Shown in pieces: positions 18,388-27,867 of a DNA stretch of 53,926 nucleotides. The DNA lies in assembly GCA_016292155.1 (NCBI GenBank), contig JAEFBC010000070.1, positions 1 through 53,926 on the forward strand. The letters are read 5' to 3'. The first letter of the stretch is position 1. The number at the start of each line of letters is the position of its first letter. The position numbers and the translations under genes were made by a program. Under the pieces are notes generated by a model, which was not told the origin of the DNA, did no database searches, and was given only the letters and a program-made list of their open reading frames with translations. This DNA comes from Saccharofermentans sp. (GTDB taxonomy: Bacteria > Bacillota > Clostridia > Saccharofermentanales > Saccharofermentanaceae).

Positions 18388-20214
18388 ATGACAATGATTA
18401 CTAAACGCCAGTGTCCTTCATGCGGTGGCACTCTGACTGTCGATAACGATAAGCAGATGTACCACTGTCTGTCTTGCGGTTCAGCATACGATTTTGATTA
18501 TTTCAGAGCTGAGAACCTGAATGAGATGGGTGATACTCACCTGTCGCGTAAAGAATTCGGAGCCGCTGTAGACACATACAGACTCAAACTAAAAAAGAAC
18601 CCGCAGGATTTTCTCGCACTCAGAGGATTGATGCTTGCTGCAGCCCGCCTTAAGGATATGGACGGGCTTGTAAATGCGGGCAACAAAAACCATTTCACGT
18701 ATAACACCATAATGGTCAGAGAAGTGCTTGACAGTGCGGCGGAAGAAGATACCGGGTACTTTGAAGATCTTGCAAGGATCTATTACAACTTAAACAGGCT
18801 CTCGAACTGCAATTCAGAGATCAGATCTCTTACTACTTCAAAAAGCCGTATCGATCAGACAATAGCGCTTGAAGAACAGGACTCTACCAATTACAAGATC
18901 ACATCAGGATACTTTTCGGGTAATCGTCCCATGGAAGTATTCGTCTCACATTGGGGATTGGCTCTTTTTCTCCTGATCGTCATGCTTTGCATCGTTATTC
19001 CCACAGCTGTACTTGGCGATGGCATCATAGCACTGGTTGCCGGTATGTTCTTTGTCTTTTTTATCGGATTGACTGTTTTTGTTAATATGACGGCTATATA
19101 TCCGGAAGTTAAAGAAGAGAAAGAACTGAGATCATATCTCCAAGAACTCTACGCTGAATCAGAACTGATCGGACCGCAGATCCGTAGACTTGAGAATGAA
19201 GCTGCAGATCTCGCAGCCGGCATCAGGACTTCCATTCAGAAATTTATAGAGAAAGACCGTCGGATAATCTCAGAACCCATAAAGGAACGCGTTCCTGCTG
19301 CAGTCAGCACGATCAGGAAACACCAGTGTCCGTCCTGCGGCGGCAGCCTTAGAATCGACAGAGATAAGCAGATGTACCATTGTACCTTCTGCGGTTCGAC
19401 TTATGACTACGAATACTTCAAGGGAGACCGTATCCATGAGGCGGGTGAGACATATCTCTCCAGAGGAGAGTTTATGGCCACTTCAGATGCATACGAGTTC
19501 ATGCTGAAGAAAGATCCGCACGACTTTATCGCGCTCAGAGGACTTATGCTCTCAGCAGCCCATCTGACCAGTATAAATGAGCTTGATCAGGAGATCGGGA
19601 AAGAGGATTTCTCCTATGATCCCGCGATGGTAAAACGTGCAATAGAAAGCGCTTCGGAAGAAGATAAGGCATACTTTAAGGAGCTCGCCAGAGTCTATTC
19701 CGAGAAAAATAAAATCATCGAATGCAACGAAGAGATCAAGGCTCTTTATAAGAAAAAAGACGACATCAATACTGTTATCGCACAGAACGACGCTTCGCGT
19801 AATAAATATTACATCGTTGACAAAGACGGCTTGCAGACTCTTCCCAAAATCCGGTTCATTATTACATGGGTTATTACTGCCCATTCTTTGCTGTTTACGA
19901 CCGGCTTCGGTATAGGATTAATTGAGACAATCATTGACAAGTCAGATTATTTAGTCATAGCACTGTGTTTATTTATTCCCACACTCTTAATAAGTCTCGG
20001 TCTGATCGGATATAACTACTTCTATGTCTATTCCAGGATGAGAAAACTGAAGAAGCTCGACAAAGCCAATGCAGAACTCTATGTTGAATCCGGCAAAGTG
20101 GATCAACAGATAAAAGACATTGAGAACCGCTCAGAAGATATCCTGAAAGACATCAGAAGATCCATCCACGATTTTGTAAGGAAAGACCGCCTGAGAATGA
20201 GCGCCGGGAGATAA
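18388..20214 (+). CDS. internally duplicated zinc-ribbon / helical / TM protein
   Basis: Two ~305-aa homologous halves, each CPSCGG...CxxCGS + DFxALRGLML + coiled coil + 2 TM; TGCTATAAT upstream at 18337-18345. Confidence 0.85.
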   Translation: MTMITKRQCPSCGGTLTVDNDKQMYHCLSCGSAYDFDYFRAENLNEMGDTHLSRKEFGAAVDTYRLKLKKNPQDFLALRGLMLAAARLKDMDGLVNAGNKNHFTYNTIMVREVLDSAAEEDTGYFEDLARIYYNLNRLSNCNSEIRSLTTSKSRIDQTIALEEQDSTNYKITSGYFSGNRPMEVFVSHWGLALFLLIVMLCIVIPTAVLGDGIIALVAGMFFVFFIGLTVFVNMTAIYPEVKEEKELRSYLQELYAESELIGPQIRRLENEAADLAAGIRTSIQKFIEKDRRIISEPIKERVPAAVSTIRKHQCPSCGGSLRIDRDKQMYHCTFCGSTYDYEYFKGDRIHEAGETYLSRGEFMATSDAYEFMLKKDPHDFIALRGLMLSAAHLTSINELDQEIGKEDFSYDPAMVKRAIESASEEDKAYFKELARVYSEKNKIIECNEEIKALYKKKDDINTVIAQNDASRNKYYIVDKDGLQTLPKIRFIITWVITAHSLLFTTGFGIGLIETIIDKSDYLVIALCLFIPTLLISLGLIGYNYFYVYSRMRKLKKLDKANAELYVESGKVDQQIKDIENRSEDILKDIRRSIHDFVRKDRLRMSAGR

Positions 20215-20245
20215 TGCTTTGGCGCATCTCTCCCAGCGGATACTC

Positions 20246-22648
20246 TTACGCTCTCTCGCTTAAGACCTTCTGTGCCCTGTCCTGCGCGATCTTGATCACT
20301 GACGCCAGGTCCTTCTGGCCCAGGAAATATGCCGGCATTTCCTCGTAGAGGATAATGCTTATCGCAGCATCTTCGGAATCCATTTTCGAAGCTGTCGAAA
20401 TGATCTTCTCCATCTTATCGATATTGCTGTTGGAGAAAGCCGGACCCATTGGATTGTAAATTGCGCCGGGTGTTGTGGTGTCAGGATCGTTAAAGTAAGC
20501 AACGGTCTCTTCCGCATTCTGCCTGAAAGCCGCGCGGCTTATAACAAACTCATCGTGAACTGAGAGCGACTGCATGATGTCATCTGTCAGGAGGAGCTTT
20601 ATGAACTCGGTGCAGGCATCAACATCAGGAGCCTGAGCTGAGACCGCAACGGATACGCTGACAGTGAACATCGGACCTCTGCCGTCAGTCGAAGGGATTC
20701 CCAATATCGTCGTGTCACTTCCGGGATCAGTCATGTTCATAAAGAAATTGCCGATGCCGGAGATATTGCTGTAGTAAGCAGCCGCTCCATAAGTGGAATT
20801 TGCGAAAAAGTCATCTGAACCGTCATTGGTCTTGGGCTTCTCAATGACATTGTTCTTAACATATTCTGCAAGCTCGGCAAATTCCTTGCCGGAGAAATCC
20901 GCCTTGTTATCTGTTATGAACTTATCGTTCATGCCGTTAAAGAGTTTGGTGAAGTAGATAGCCTGGCCTGAAGTTATAACGTCCGTGCCGTTCAGCGTAC
21001 CCTTAAGGAATGCCTCATATTCCTTGGTGGTAAATCCGACTCCGCTGCTGCCGGCATATTTTGCATCAGTCACGATGCCTTCGATGCCGAAACAAAGAGG
21101 CATATGGTAAAGGGCTCCGTTAGTTTTAGCCCCTTCAATGATGTTGGTGAAATACTTTTCCTTATCCAGGCCTTCTGCATATTTGGAAAGGTCGACAAGA
21201 TAACCTGAATTGTTGAGCTGGCCCAGATCACCGACATTCATCAGGATATCCGGTCCTTCACCGTTTATGATGTCCATCGCGAGTTTGTTGCTCAGCTTCG
21301 CATCTCTGTTAAGCTCACTTGCATCTGAATCATCCTGGCTATCCGAATTAACGTAATCGACCTTCTCATCACCGGCATAACGGTCGTTAAACTCAATAAA
21401 GCACCTGCCGTTCGTGATGTTGAACTGATTGATCGCATCAGCGATCTTCTTATCAACATAACCGTGAGGGGCATAGAGAGTCAGAATTGTCTTTCCTGCA
21501 TGAGGATTCTTATCAGCCTTCGTAAAATCAACGATCACAAAAGGCTGCTGCTTCATTTTACGGAACTGGGTATTCTCATAGATATCCCCGCAAAGGATGA
21601 ACGAACCATCTGAACAGCTTGCAACGCGCAGAGTAGAGAGCTCTTCCCTGTTCTCGCCGCACCAACTGAAATTGAATACCTCCTGTGCGGTCTTATTCTT
21701 TAAGTCTGCCTTGGTAATGCCCGTTGAAGTGTTGTAATAAAGGCTTCCGTCGGTGCCTGTCCAGGAAAACTCCAGATGATCAAAATCAAGCCATTCGTAA
21801 TCTTTTGCATCAAGAGCTTTAACCTGGCCTGATCTGAAGTCAGCTTCAAGGAAAAGTTTGGCATCGCCATCTGTATGTGCAGGAATAATGAACTTATCAT
21901 CACCTTCAAAAATAACGGTATTAACATCCCATACGCTCTTGCCTTCGACCTTAAGGGCAACATCTTTCTCCTGTCCGTCTGGCGATGCGATCTTGAGCAG
22001 ATAATACTGTTCTTCCTTGCCTGCCTTGCAGATGCTTATTTTGTATGAACCTGCATAAAGCACACGTTCAACGAAGCAGTTTTCTGCTGCTACGGACTTC
22101 TTGCTGTTTAATACTGCTCCCGTGGAAGGATCGATAGTGTTCTCGAGATAACTTGGAATGCCTGTGTACTGATCGTACATCTCATAGACAACCTTGATCT
22201 TGCCGTCAGAATAAGTTGCTGACTGGACATTGGGCAGATCCGTAAAATCTTTATACAGGTTGATCGTTTTCGTGACCTGCTTGGAAGCCCTGTCTACGAC
22301 CGTCAGCATGGCAACTGATGAATTGGGGTCTCTGTAACCCATCCAGATGACGCCGGGAGTAGAATAAATATCACCGAATGAATAGATGACTATGTTCTTA
22401 TCATCGGCTCCTGCCAGAACAGAAGTAGTGTATTCTACAACCTTGCTTGCGCCGATCTCCGGCACGATCTCTGTCTTAACTGAATTGTACCAGGGCGAAT
22501 CTTCCGCAACTTTTGTACCTGTCCTGGCTTTGTTCTGCGCCTGTGGCTGCGTTATCCCGCCGCCGTTCTTCTTATCGCATGCTGCGAATGTTAAACCAAC
22601 TGCGGCAGCCAATACCGCAGACATAAATCTGACCGCTGAATTTTTCAT
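20246..22648 (-). CDS. large lipoprotein with C-terminal extracellular solute-binding (ABC SBP family 1-like) domain
   Basis: Lipobox FAAC; DIINGEGPDIL, YLVDLS, GALYHMP, EEMPAYFLGQKDL...IAQDRAQKVLSER; start moved to ATG 22648 (SD GGAG). Confidence 0.82.
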   Translation of the reverse strand: MKNSAVRFMSAVLAAAVGLTFAACDKKNGGGITQPQAQNKARTGTKVAEDSPWYNSVKTEIVPEIGASKVVEYTTSVLAGADDKNIVIYSFGDIYSTPGVIWMGYRDPNSSVAMLTVVDRASKQVTKTINLYKDFTDLPNVQSATYSDGKIKVVYEMYDQYTGIPSYLENTIDPSTGAVLNSKKSVAAENCFVERVLYAGSYKISICKAGKEEQYYLLKIASPDGQEKDVALKVEGKSVWDVNTVIFEGDDKFIIPAHTDGDAKLFLEADFRSGQVKALDAKDYEWLDFDHLEFSWTGTDGSLYYNTSTGITKADLKNKTAQEVFNFSWCGENREELSTLRVASCSDGSFILCGDIYENTQFRKMKQQPFVIVDFTKADKNPHAGKTILTLYAPHGYVDKKIADAINQFNITNGRCFIEFNDRYAGDEKVDYVNSDSQDDSDASELNRDAKLSNKLAMDIINGEGPDILMNVGDLGQLNNSGYLVDLSKYAEGLDKEKYFTNIIEGAKTNGALYHMPLCFGIEGIVTDAKYAGSSGVGFTTKEYEAFLKGTLNGTDVITSGQAIYFTKLFNGMNDKFITDNKADFSGKEFAELAEYVKNNVIEKPKTNDGSDDFFANSTYGAAAYYSNISGIGNFFMNMTDPGSDTTILGIPSTDGRGPMFTVSVSVAVSAQAPDVDACTEFIKLLLTDDIMQSLSVHDEFVISRAAFRQNAEETVAYFNDPDTTTPGAIYNPMGPAFSNSNIDKMEKIISTASKMDSEDAAISIILYEEMPAYFLGQKDLASVIKIAQDRAQKVLSERA

Positions 22649-22816
22649 AAATCTTTCTCCAACATCCCCAATGTGATAATCAAAAATAATTGTAGACTTG
22701 CGGAACGAATAATTCACACTGACAATTAGGCAATTTAAGGGTATTGGCTGTTGATCTTCATCTAAGCGCAGGCAATCCGGGAACGCCGTGAAGGAACCTG
22801 CCATCAGTTCCCTGCC

Positions 22817-23368
22817 TCATTTTCTTCTGACCACGAGGCCGCCTATATACGAACTTTTCCAGAATTCGGGGAAATACAGATAATACACTTCCGTTCCTTT
22901 GCTGTAGTGTGGATTAAACACAACTCTGCTGCAGTATTCATCGTCTATTATGTAGTAATGATCCCAGCTGGTGAATTTTACGATCCAAATCTTCTTTCTG
23001 ACCGTGATACGTCCTGCATGCCAATAGAAATCCTTCCTGTTGATCTTTGCGAAAAAGATCAGGGATGTTATGCAGCGGGCGGTCGTAAAGACACATATCA
23101 CTATGCAGCATGCTGCCAGGATCATAAATGCGTACTTAATGACATTAGAATAAACATACAACGGCTTAAAGACACCGGCATTCCAAATTGCAACAACCGT
23201 GGCCGCAATAACAGCGCCGATAATGCGGATAACAAAATTCCTCAGGATAAACTCCTTGCGGATATTCTCAAATTCACTGCTGTCCAGTTCATTAGCTCTT
23301 TTGAATTCAGTTTCAGATAAAACTACTTCCCTGTATTCCGATATATTTGTTTCCTGATTCAGTCCCAT
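22817..23368 (-). CDS. hypothetical membrane protein (2 TM)
   Basis: 183-aa ORF, SD GAGAGG, two hydrophobic helices. Confidence 0.75.
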   Translation of the reverse strand: MGLNQETNISEYREVVLSETEFKRANELDSSEFENIRKEFILRNFVIRIIGAVIAATVVAIWNAGVFKPLYVYSNVIKYAFMILAACCIVICVFTTARCITSLIFFAKINRKDFYWHAGRITVRKKIWIVKFTSWDHYYIIDDEYCSRVVFNPHYSKGTEVYYLYFPEFWKSSYIGGLVVRRK

Positions 23369-23383
23369 AGTGCCTCTCTTACG

Positions 23384-24142
23384 TTAATTCATTTTCTCTT
23401 CTGTTTCTTCTTCCGGTGCTTTCACGCCGGTCGGGAATGTTTTTGTCTTAATATCTTTCACCAAAAAACTGTTAAGTATCAGATCGGCGTTAAGCTTATC
23501 TTCGCACTTGAAATCTCTGTAGGTGTTGTCCTTTTCGTGGAGCCTGATGTAGTGGTAGGTCGTGTGATATCGGTATGTTCTAGTATAAACTGAATAATAA
23601 TCAACTTTGATAATGTTTTCGAGCCTGCCTATCCATAATTCTTCAGTGGTATACACTATGCAGTAAGTCCCACCTACAGCCATAATGCCGTTCCAGAGGC
23701 AGTTGATCGTAGAGTGCATGAAGTCGTTATTCACCTCATCTGCATCGAAGCCCTGCTTTACTATAGCTGACTTAAGCTTATTGCCGGGAATAAAACTCGG
23801 CTCAACAAGTTTCGCTGCTGCCACGCTCAATATGGAGAGCATCTCGATGACAAGTATGGCACAGATAATTATCGGAACACTTGTTACTTTATTATCGACC
23901 AGTTCTATAACCAATAAGATATTCAGGATCACTGCGATGATAACCCCCGTTGCGATCCTGCCCTTCCAGCGATCCTTGATCACATAATCACAGGCTTCAT
24001 ACATGTCCTTGTGATCCTTGATCGCTTCCATATTTGCCAGATGCGCTTCAAGAGCTTTCTCTTCAGACAGTCTCGTAAGTGGATCAGGATTGTCTCTCCA
24101 CTTAATAGCTGCTTTCTTCCTATTTCCCATAAATCTGTTCAC
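23384..24142 (-). CDS. hypothetical membrane protein (2 TM + soluble C-domain)
   Basis: 252-aa ORF abutting the FkbM stop; start uncertain. Confidence 0.75.
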   Translation of the reverse strand: MNRFMGNRKKAAIKWRDNPDPLTRLSEEKALEAHLANMEAIKDHKDMYEACDYVIKDRWKGRIATGVIIAVILNILLVIELVDNKVTSVPIIICAILVIEMLSILSVAAAKLVEPSFIPGNKLKSAIVKQGFDADEVNNDFMHSTINCLWNGIMAVGGTYCIVYTTEELWIGRLENIIKVDYYSVYTRTYRYHTTYHYIRLHEKDNTYRDFKCEDKLNADLILNSFLVKDIKTKTFPTGVKAPEEETEEKMN

Positions 24143-25312
24143 TTATTCCACATACATGACCGTCTCAAGGTCATCGAATCCGTAGTGTCTATATGCGATC
24201 CTGTAGTCAGGGTGCATATTGAGAACGAGGTCTGCCAACGTGACAAAGTCTTCGAACTTGTGGTAGACGGAGATCGCCATTCTCGGGCGGTTCTCCATAA
24301 TGAGCTTGCGGGCGCCCTGAAGTGCTTCATACTCCGCGCCTTCGATATCCATCTTAAGGAAAGTTACTTTCTTGTCCTTGAGGACATCATCCAGCGCTAC
24401 CGTCTCGATCTCCTCAACGCCTTCGAAGTTTCTCTTCTCAGCCTCTTCCCTGCTTATTATGCATGAAGTCTCGAAAGCATCCGAAGCGAAGTAAACCTTC
24501 TTATTCACATCTGCAGTGCCATAAGGATAGAGGTCGCATTTGCCAAGCGGCGCAAGGATCTCTTTGGCTTTTGCATAGTTCTTCGGATCAGCTTCGAAGG
24601 AATAAATATGCTCAAAGCCCTTGTGGCCGCACCAGCCTGCAAAGTTAAAGCATGTGGCACCGTCAAAGCATCCGCAGTCGACGAAGACTTCGTTTTCGCG
24701 CGCTTCGAAAAAGTCGAAATACTGCCCCTGGTTGTTGCGCCAGTCGAAGACCCCTCCGATAATGTTATTCTCGCTTATTCCGATCTCACCGATAAGGCGC
24801 TTCCTGATCTCATCAGCCACAGGCTTTACCGGGTAAGAGACAACGAGTGTCTTATCGCCGTAAAGGTTCATATTTTCTTTGAGCTCTTTCTCTGTGATGA
24901 CCTTGATCCCCGTCTGTTCATCAACAGGGCCTTTGCTCTCATCCGGATCGATAAATGCATCGATCGCCACGCCGAAATTCTTAAACCTTCCTGCAAGATA
25001 ATGCCCCGCGACACCTGCGCCGTACATCAGGCAGTGCGAACCTTTCGGGATCTTCTCGACATACACGCGCATGTCGCTGTTTAAGTTCTTGTATTTGGAA
25101 TCAAGACCTGTGATGTAGCCCAGATCGCCTGTTTTGGCATAACTCATTCTTGCTTCGAAGATCTTTTTCGATATCTCATCGTTAAGATGCGCATAGACAT
25201 TTTCTGCCATCTTCTCAAAACCGGCATCCATGCTGCCGGAGCCCCTCAGCGCCTTCTGCTTGTCAGATGCCTTGTCTGAACCATATTCAATACGTTTCTC
25301 AGATACGCTCAT
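24143..25312 (-). CDS. FkbM-family SAM-dependent methyltransferase
   Basis: FVDCGCFDG, YSFEADPKN, TFLKMDIEGAEYEALQGA, AISVYHK; start ATG 25312 after GAGAGG. Confidence 0.9.
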   Translation of the reverse strand: MSVSEKRIEYGSDKASDKQKALRGSGSMDAGFEKMAENVYAHLNDEISKKIFEARMSYAKTGDLGYITGLDSKYKNLNSDMRVYVEKIPKGSHCLMYGAGVAGHYLAGRFKNFGVAIDAFIDPDESKGPVDEQTGIKVITEKELKENMNLYGDKTLVVSYPVKPVADEIRKRLIGEIGISENNIIGGVFDWRNNQGQYFDFFEARENEVFVDCGCFDGATCFNFAGWCGHKGFEHIYSFEADPKNYAKAKEILAPLGKCDLYPYGTADVNKKVYFASDAFETSCIISREEAEKRNFEGVEEIETVALDDVLKDKKVTFLKMDIEGAEYEALQGARKLIMENRPRMAISVYHKFEDFVTLADLVLNMHPDYRIAYRHYGFDDLETVMYVE

Positions 25313-25325
25313 TTCATTGACCTCT

Positions 25326-26780
25326 CTATTTCCAAATATCTGTATCTTCAGCCTTAAGACCGATATCCGAGGCCTTGAAAACAGGGTTCCTGCCGGCTTT
25401 CTTCTGCGCCTCATAGTCTTTCAGGGTCTTGACTGCAATGCTTCCGAGAAGTGCGCAAGCAGGAAGGTTTATAAGCGTCATGCCGCCCATTGTGATATCA
25501 GCTGCAGCCCACGCGGCATCCATCGGAATGATGGCGCCGAAGAAGATAACAACAGCACAAATGATGTGGAAGATGTTAAGGAACCTTTTCGAAGGCATCT
25601 TCTTGTGATTAAGGAATGCGAGCGCGTTGTCGACATAGAAAAGATTTCCGAGGAGAGTCGTGAATGCAAAGAGCACCATCGCAACAGTAATGAAGATGGG
25701 TCCGAATCCTCCGAAAACAGTTGATATCGAATTCTGAACGTACTGCGCGCCTGCCACTGCCTCACTTCGCTCAGCGCCTGAAGATAAGCACATCAGAGCT
25801 GTTGCAGTACAGAGAAGAAGCGTATCGATATATACGGACAAAGTCTGGACGAGGCCCTGCTTAGCTGGATGCGTAACGTTCGCAGAAGCTGATGCATTAG
25901 GTGCAGAACCGACACCTGCCTCATTGGAATAAAGTCCGCGCTTGATGCCGTATACAAGACACGATCCTGCGATGCCGCCGAAGATCGCTTTGAAGTTGAA
26001 TGCGTCCTTGAAGATCTCCACGAACATGGAAGGAATATTCCTGAAATTCACCGCGATAACGATAAGGGATATAAGCACATAAGCGATGCCCATTACAGGA
26101 ACCAGGATCTCCGTGAACCTGACCACGCGCTTGCCTTTGCCGAGCATGAAGAATGCGACGAGGACCATAAGGATGAAGCCGACTGCTACGGCAACAACGC
26201 TTACTTTATTGCCGAACAGCTCCAGCATATGATCCTGGTAGAATCCGTATGCTTCGAACGAAGACTGGAGATTATATGAGCATAAGAGATTGAATCCGAA
26301 GCCGTAAGTTGCAATGAGGAAAACGCAGAAAACCGCCGACAGCCACGGTGCGTGAAGCGCCCTCTCGATATAGTATGCGGGACCTCCGAAATAGTTCCCC
26401 GTCTCATCTTTCCTCTTGAAGATCTGTGCAAGCGTACTTTCCACAAACGCTGAAGCTGCCGTGATGATGCACATCAGCCACATCCAGAAACACGCGCCGG
26501 GGCCGCCGATACACACAGCCGTCGAAACGCCTACGATATTGCCTGTGCCTACACGTGAAGCGGTGGATATCATTAACGCCTGGAATGAAGATACAGTCTT
26601 GCCTGACTTATCTTCCGAGGGCTCAAGCAGGAGCCTGCATGATTCCTTGAACAAACGGAGCTGAACAAACTTTGTCCTGAACGAGAAATAAAGTCCTGCA
26701 ACTGTCATGACAATGATCAGTATCGGAAAATATAGAATCGAGTCCGCCGAATTCAAAAAATCAAGAATGTTCTGTCCCAT
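25326..26780 (-). CDS. alanine/glycine:cation symporter (AGCS family)
   Basis: STASRVGTGNIVGV, GGPGACFWMW, GGPAYY, GIKRGLYSNEAGVGSAP, HPAKQG. Confidence 0.95.
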   Translation of the reverse strand: MGQNILDFLNSADSILYFPILIIVMTVAGLYFSFRTKFVQLRLFKESCRLLLEPSEDKSGKTVSSFQALMISTASRVGTGNIVGVSTAVCIGGPGACFWMWLMCIITAASAFVESTLAQIFKRKDETGNYFGGPAYYIERALHAPWLSAVFCVFLIATYGFGFNLLCSYNLQSSFEAYGFYQDHMLELFGNKVSVVAVAVGFILMVLVAFFMLGKGKRVVRFTEILVPVMGIAYVLISLIVIAVNFRNIPSMFVEIFKDAFNFKAIFGGIAGSCLVYGIKRGLYSNEAGVGSAPNASASANVTHPAKQGLVQTLSVYIDTLLLCTATALMCLSSGAERSEAVAGAQYVQNSISTVFGGFGPIFITVAMVLFAFTTLLGNLFYVDNALAFLNHKKMPSKRFLNIFHIICAVVIFFGAIIPMDAAWAAADITMGGMTLINLPACALLGSIAVKTLKDYEAQKKAGRNPVFKASDIGLKAEDTDIWK

Positions 26781-26887
26781 GCACTTCGTCTCCCGTATTT
26801 GCTGTCCGTTAATATAATATATTAAATCGTTCTTTCTTCCGAATATCTATACCGGAACAGCAAAGAATGGAGGGCGAATGCTATGGA

Positions 26888-27649
26888 TCAGTGCGTTCTC
26901 ATATTTGAAGCTACCTCATAAGCTGTGTATTCATGGTCGAATTCATAACCGAATCTCTTGGACAGCTCTACTGAATTCATGTCATGCGCATCCCAGCTCG
27001 GGTAAAGTCCTTCATCAAGGCAAGCCAGGATCAATGCCGAACATACAATGCTTGCAAGACCTTTGCGGCGTTCGGACGGGATTGTATCTACTTCGATCTC
27101 GATGCCTTCTTTGTATCTTGTATAAGATGACGCGCCGGATACGAACTTGCCATCTTTGAGGATCATCATTCCGCGGCCTAATTCGAGATATCTTTCCTTG
27201 CTTCCGAACACGGAAACAAACTCTGTTGTGACCGGATCTTCCAGGCAAAGGTCATATAGATCGCCATCTATCTTTCTTAATTCATATCCTTCTGGAAGCT
27301 TTGCAACGGTATTTGTAAGGTATTCCCTGTCGAAAACAGTATCCTTTTTTATTGCGTAGCGAGTAACTTTTCGCGCATCGGGATAACAATCTTCGATAAG
27401 CTCAGACCACCTGTCATCCTGAGGCACCATGATGATAAAACCATCAGGCTTGCCCAATACCAGTTCCCTGTCAGGCTCTCCTGCCAGAAATGCAAATACT
27501 CCGACGAATGCCATCGCTGATACAGGATTCTCCTTATCGGTAACAAACACCTGGCCCATGATTTTCTGAATGCATGAATAGATCAGGGTCTCTTCCCAGC
27601 CTGCGAACAATGCCTCGACTTTAGATGTATCTTCAAGTTCAAAGATCAT
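26888..27649 (-). CDS. GNAT family N-acetyltransferase
   Basis: IEIEVDTIPSERRKGLA acetyl-CoA motif A, YPSWDAHDMNSVELSKRFGY; start ATG 27649 after AGGAG. Confidence 0.9.
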   Translation of the reverse strand: MIFELEDTSKVEALFAGWEETLIYSCIQKIMGQVFVTDKENPVSAMAFVGVFAFLAGEPDRELVLGKPDGFIIMVPQDDRWSELIEDCYPDARKVTRYAIKKDTVFDREYLTNTVAKLPEGYELRKIDGDLYDLCLEDPVTTEFVSVFGSKERYLELGRGMMILKDGKFVSGASSYTRYKEGIEIEVDTIPSERRKGLASIVCSALILACLDEGLYPSWDAHDMNSVELSKRFGYEFDHEYTAYEVASNMRTH

Positions 27650-27787
27650 ATTTTCTCCTACATTAAGAACGCGGTTACTGCAAAGCAGCATGCAAAAACA
27701 AAGCATATTATCCTTACCGCTTTTGCCGCGAAGTGTCAAGTAATCCCGGATATTAGTCGGTGATATGTTTTTACCTTCTGAATGTCA

Positions 27788-27835
27788 GATTTGAGGGTGG
27801 ATTTGAGGCTATACCCGCAAATCTACCCGCAAATC
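27788..27835. repeat. imperfect hairpin built from 12-nt units (GATTTGMGGGTR and its complement)
   Basis: gatttgagggtggatttgagg...ccgcaaatctacccgcaaatc; same unit as 39378-39501. Confidence 0.75.
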
Positions 27836-27867
27836 CGGATTCAGCTTCAACGACAGATCCGGATTAA

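Noticed and set aside
22649-22816. Riboswitch in the leader of the solute-binding lipoprotein
   Set aside because: GC-rich pairing (gggaac/gttccc) directly follows the upstream stop and fits a terminator-like fold; no known aptamer consensus seen
26781-26887. Glycine riboswitch or T-box upstream of the AGCS symporter
   Set aside because: Region is short and AT-rich; no aptamer or T-box consensus recognisable
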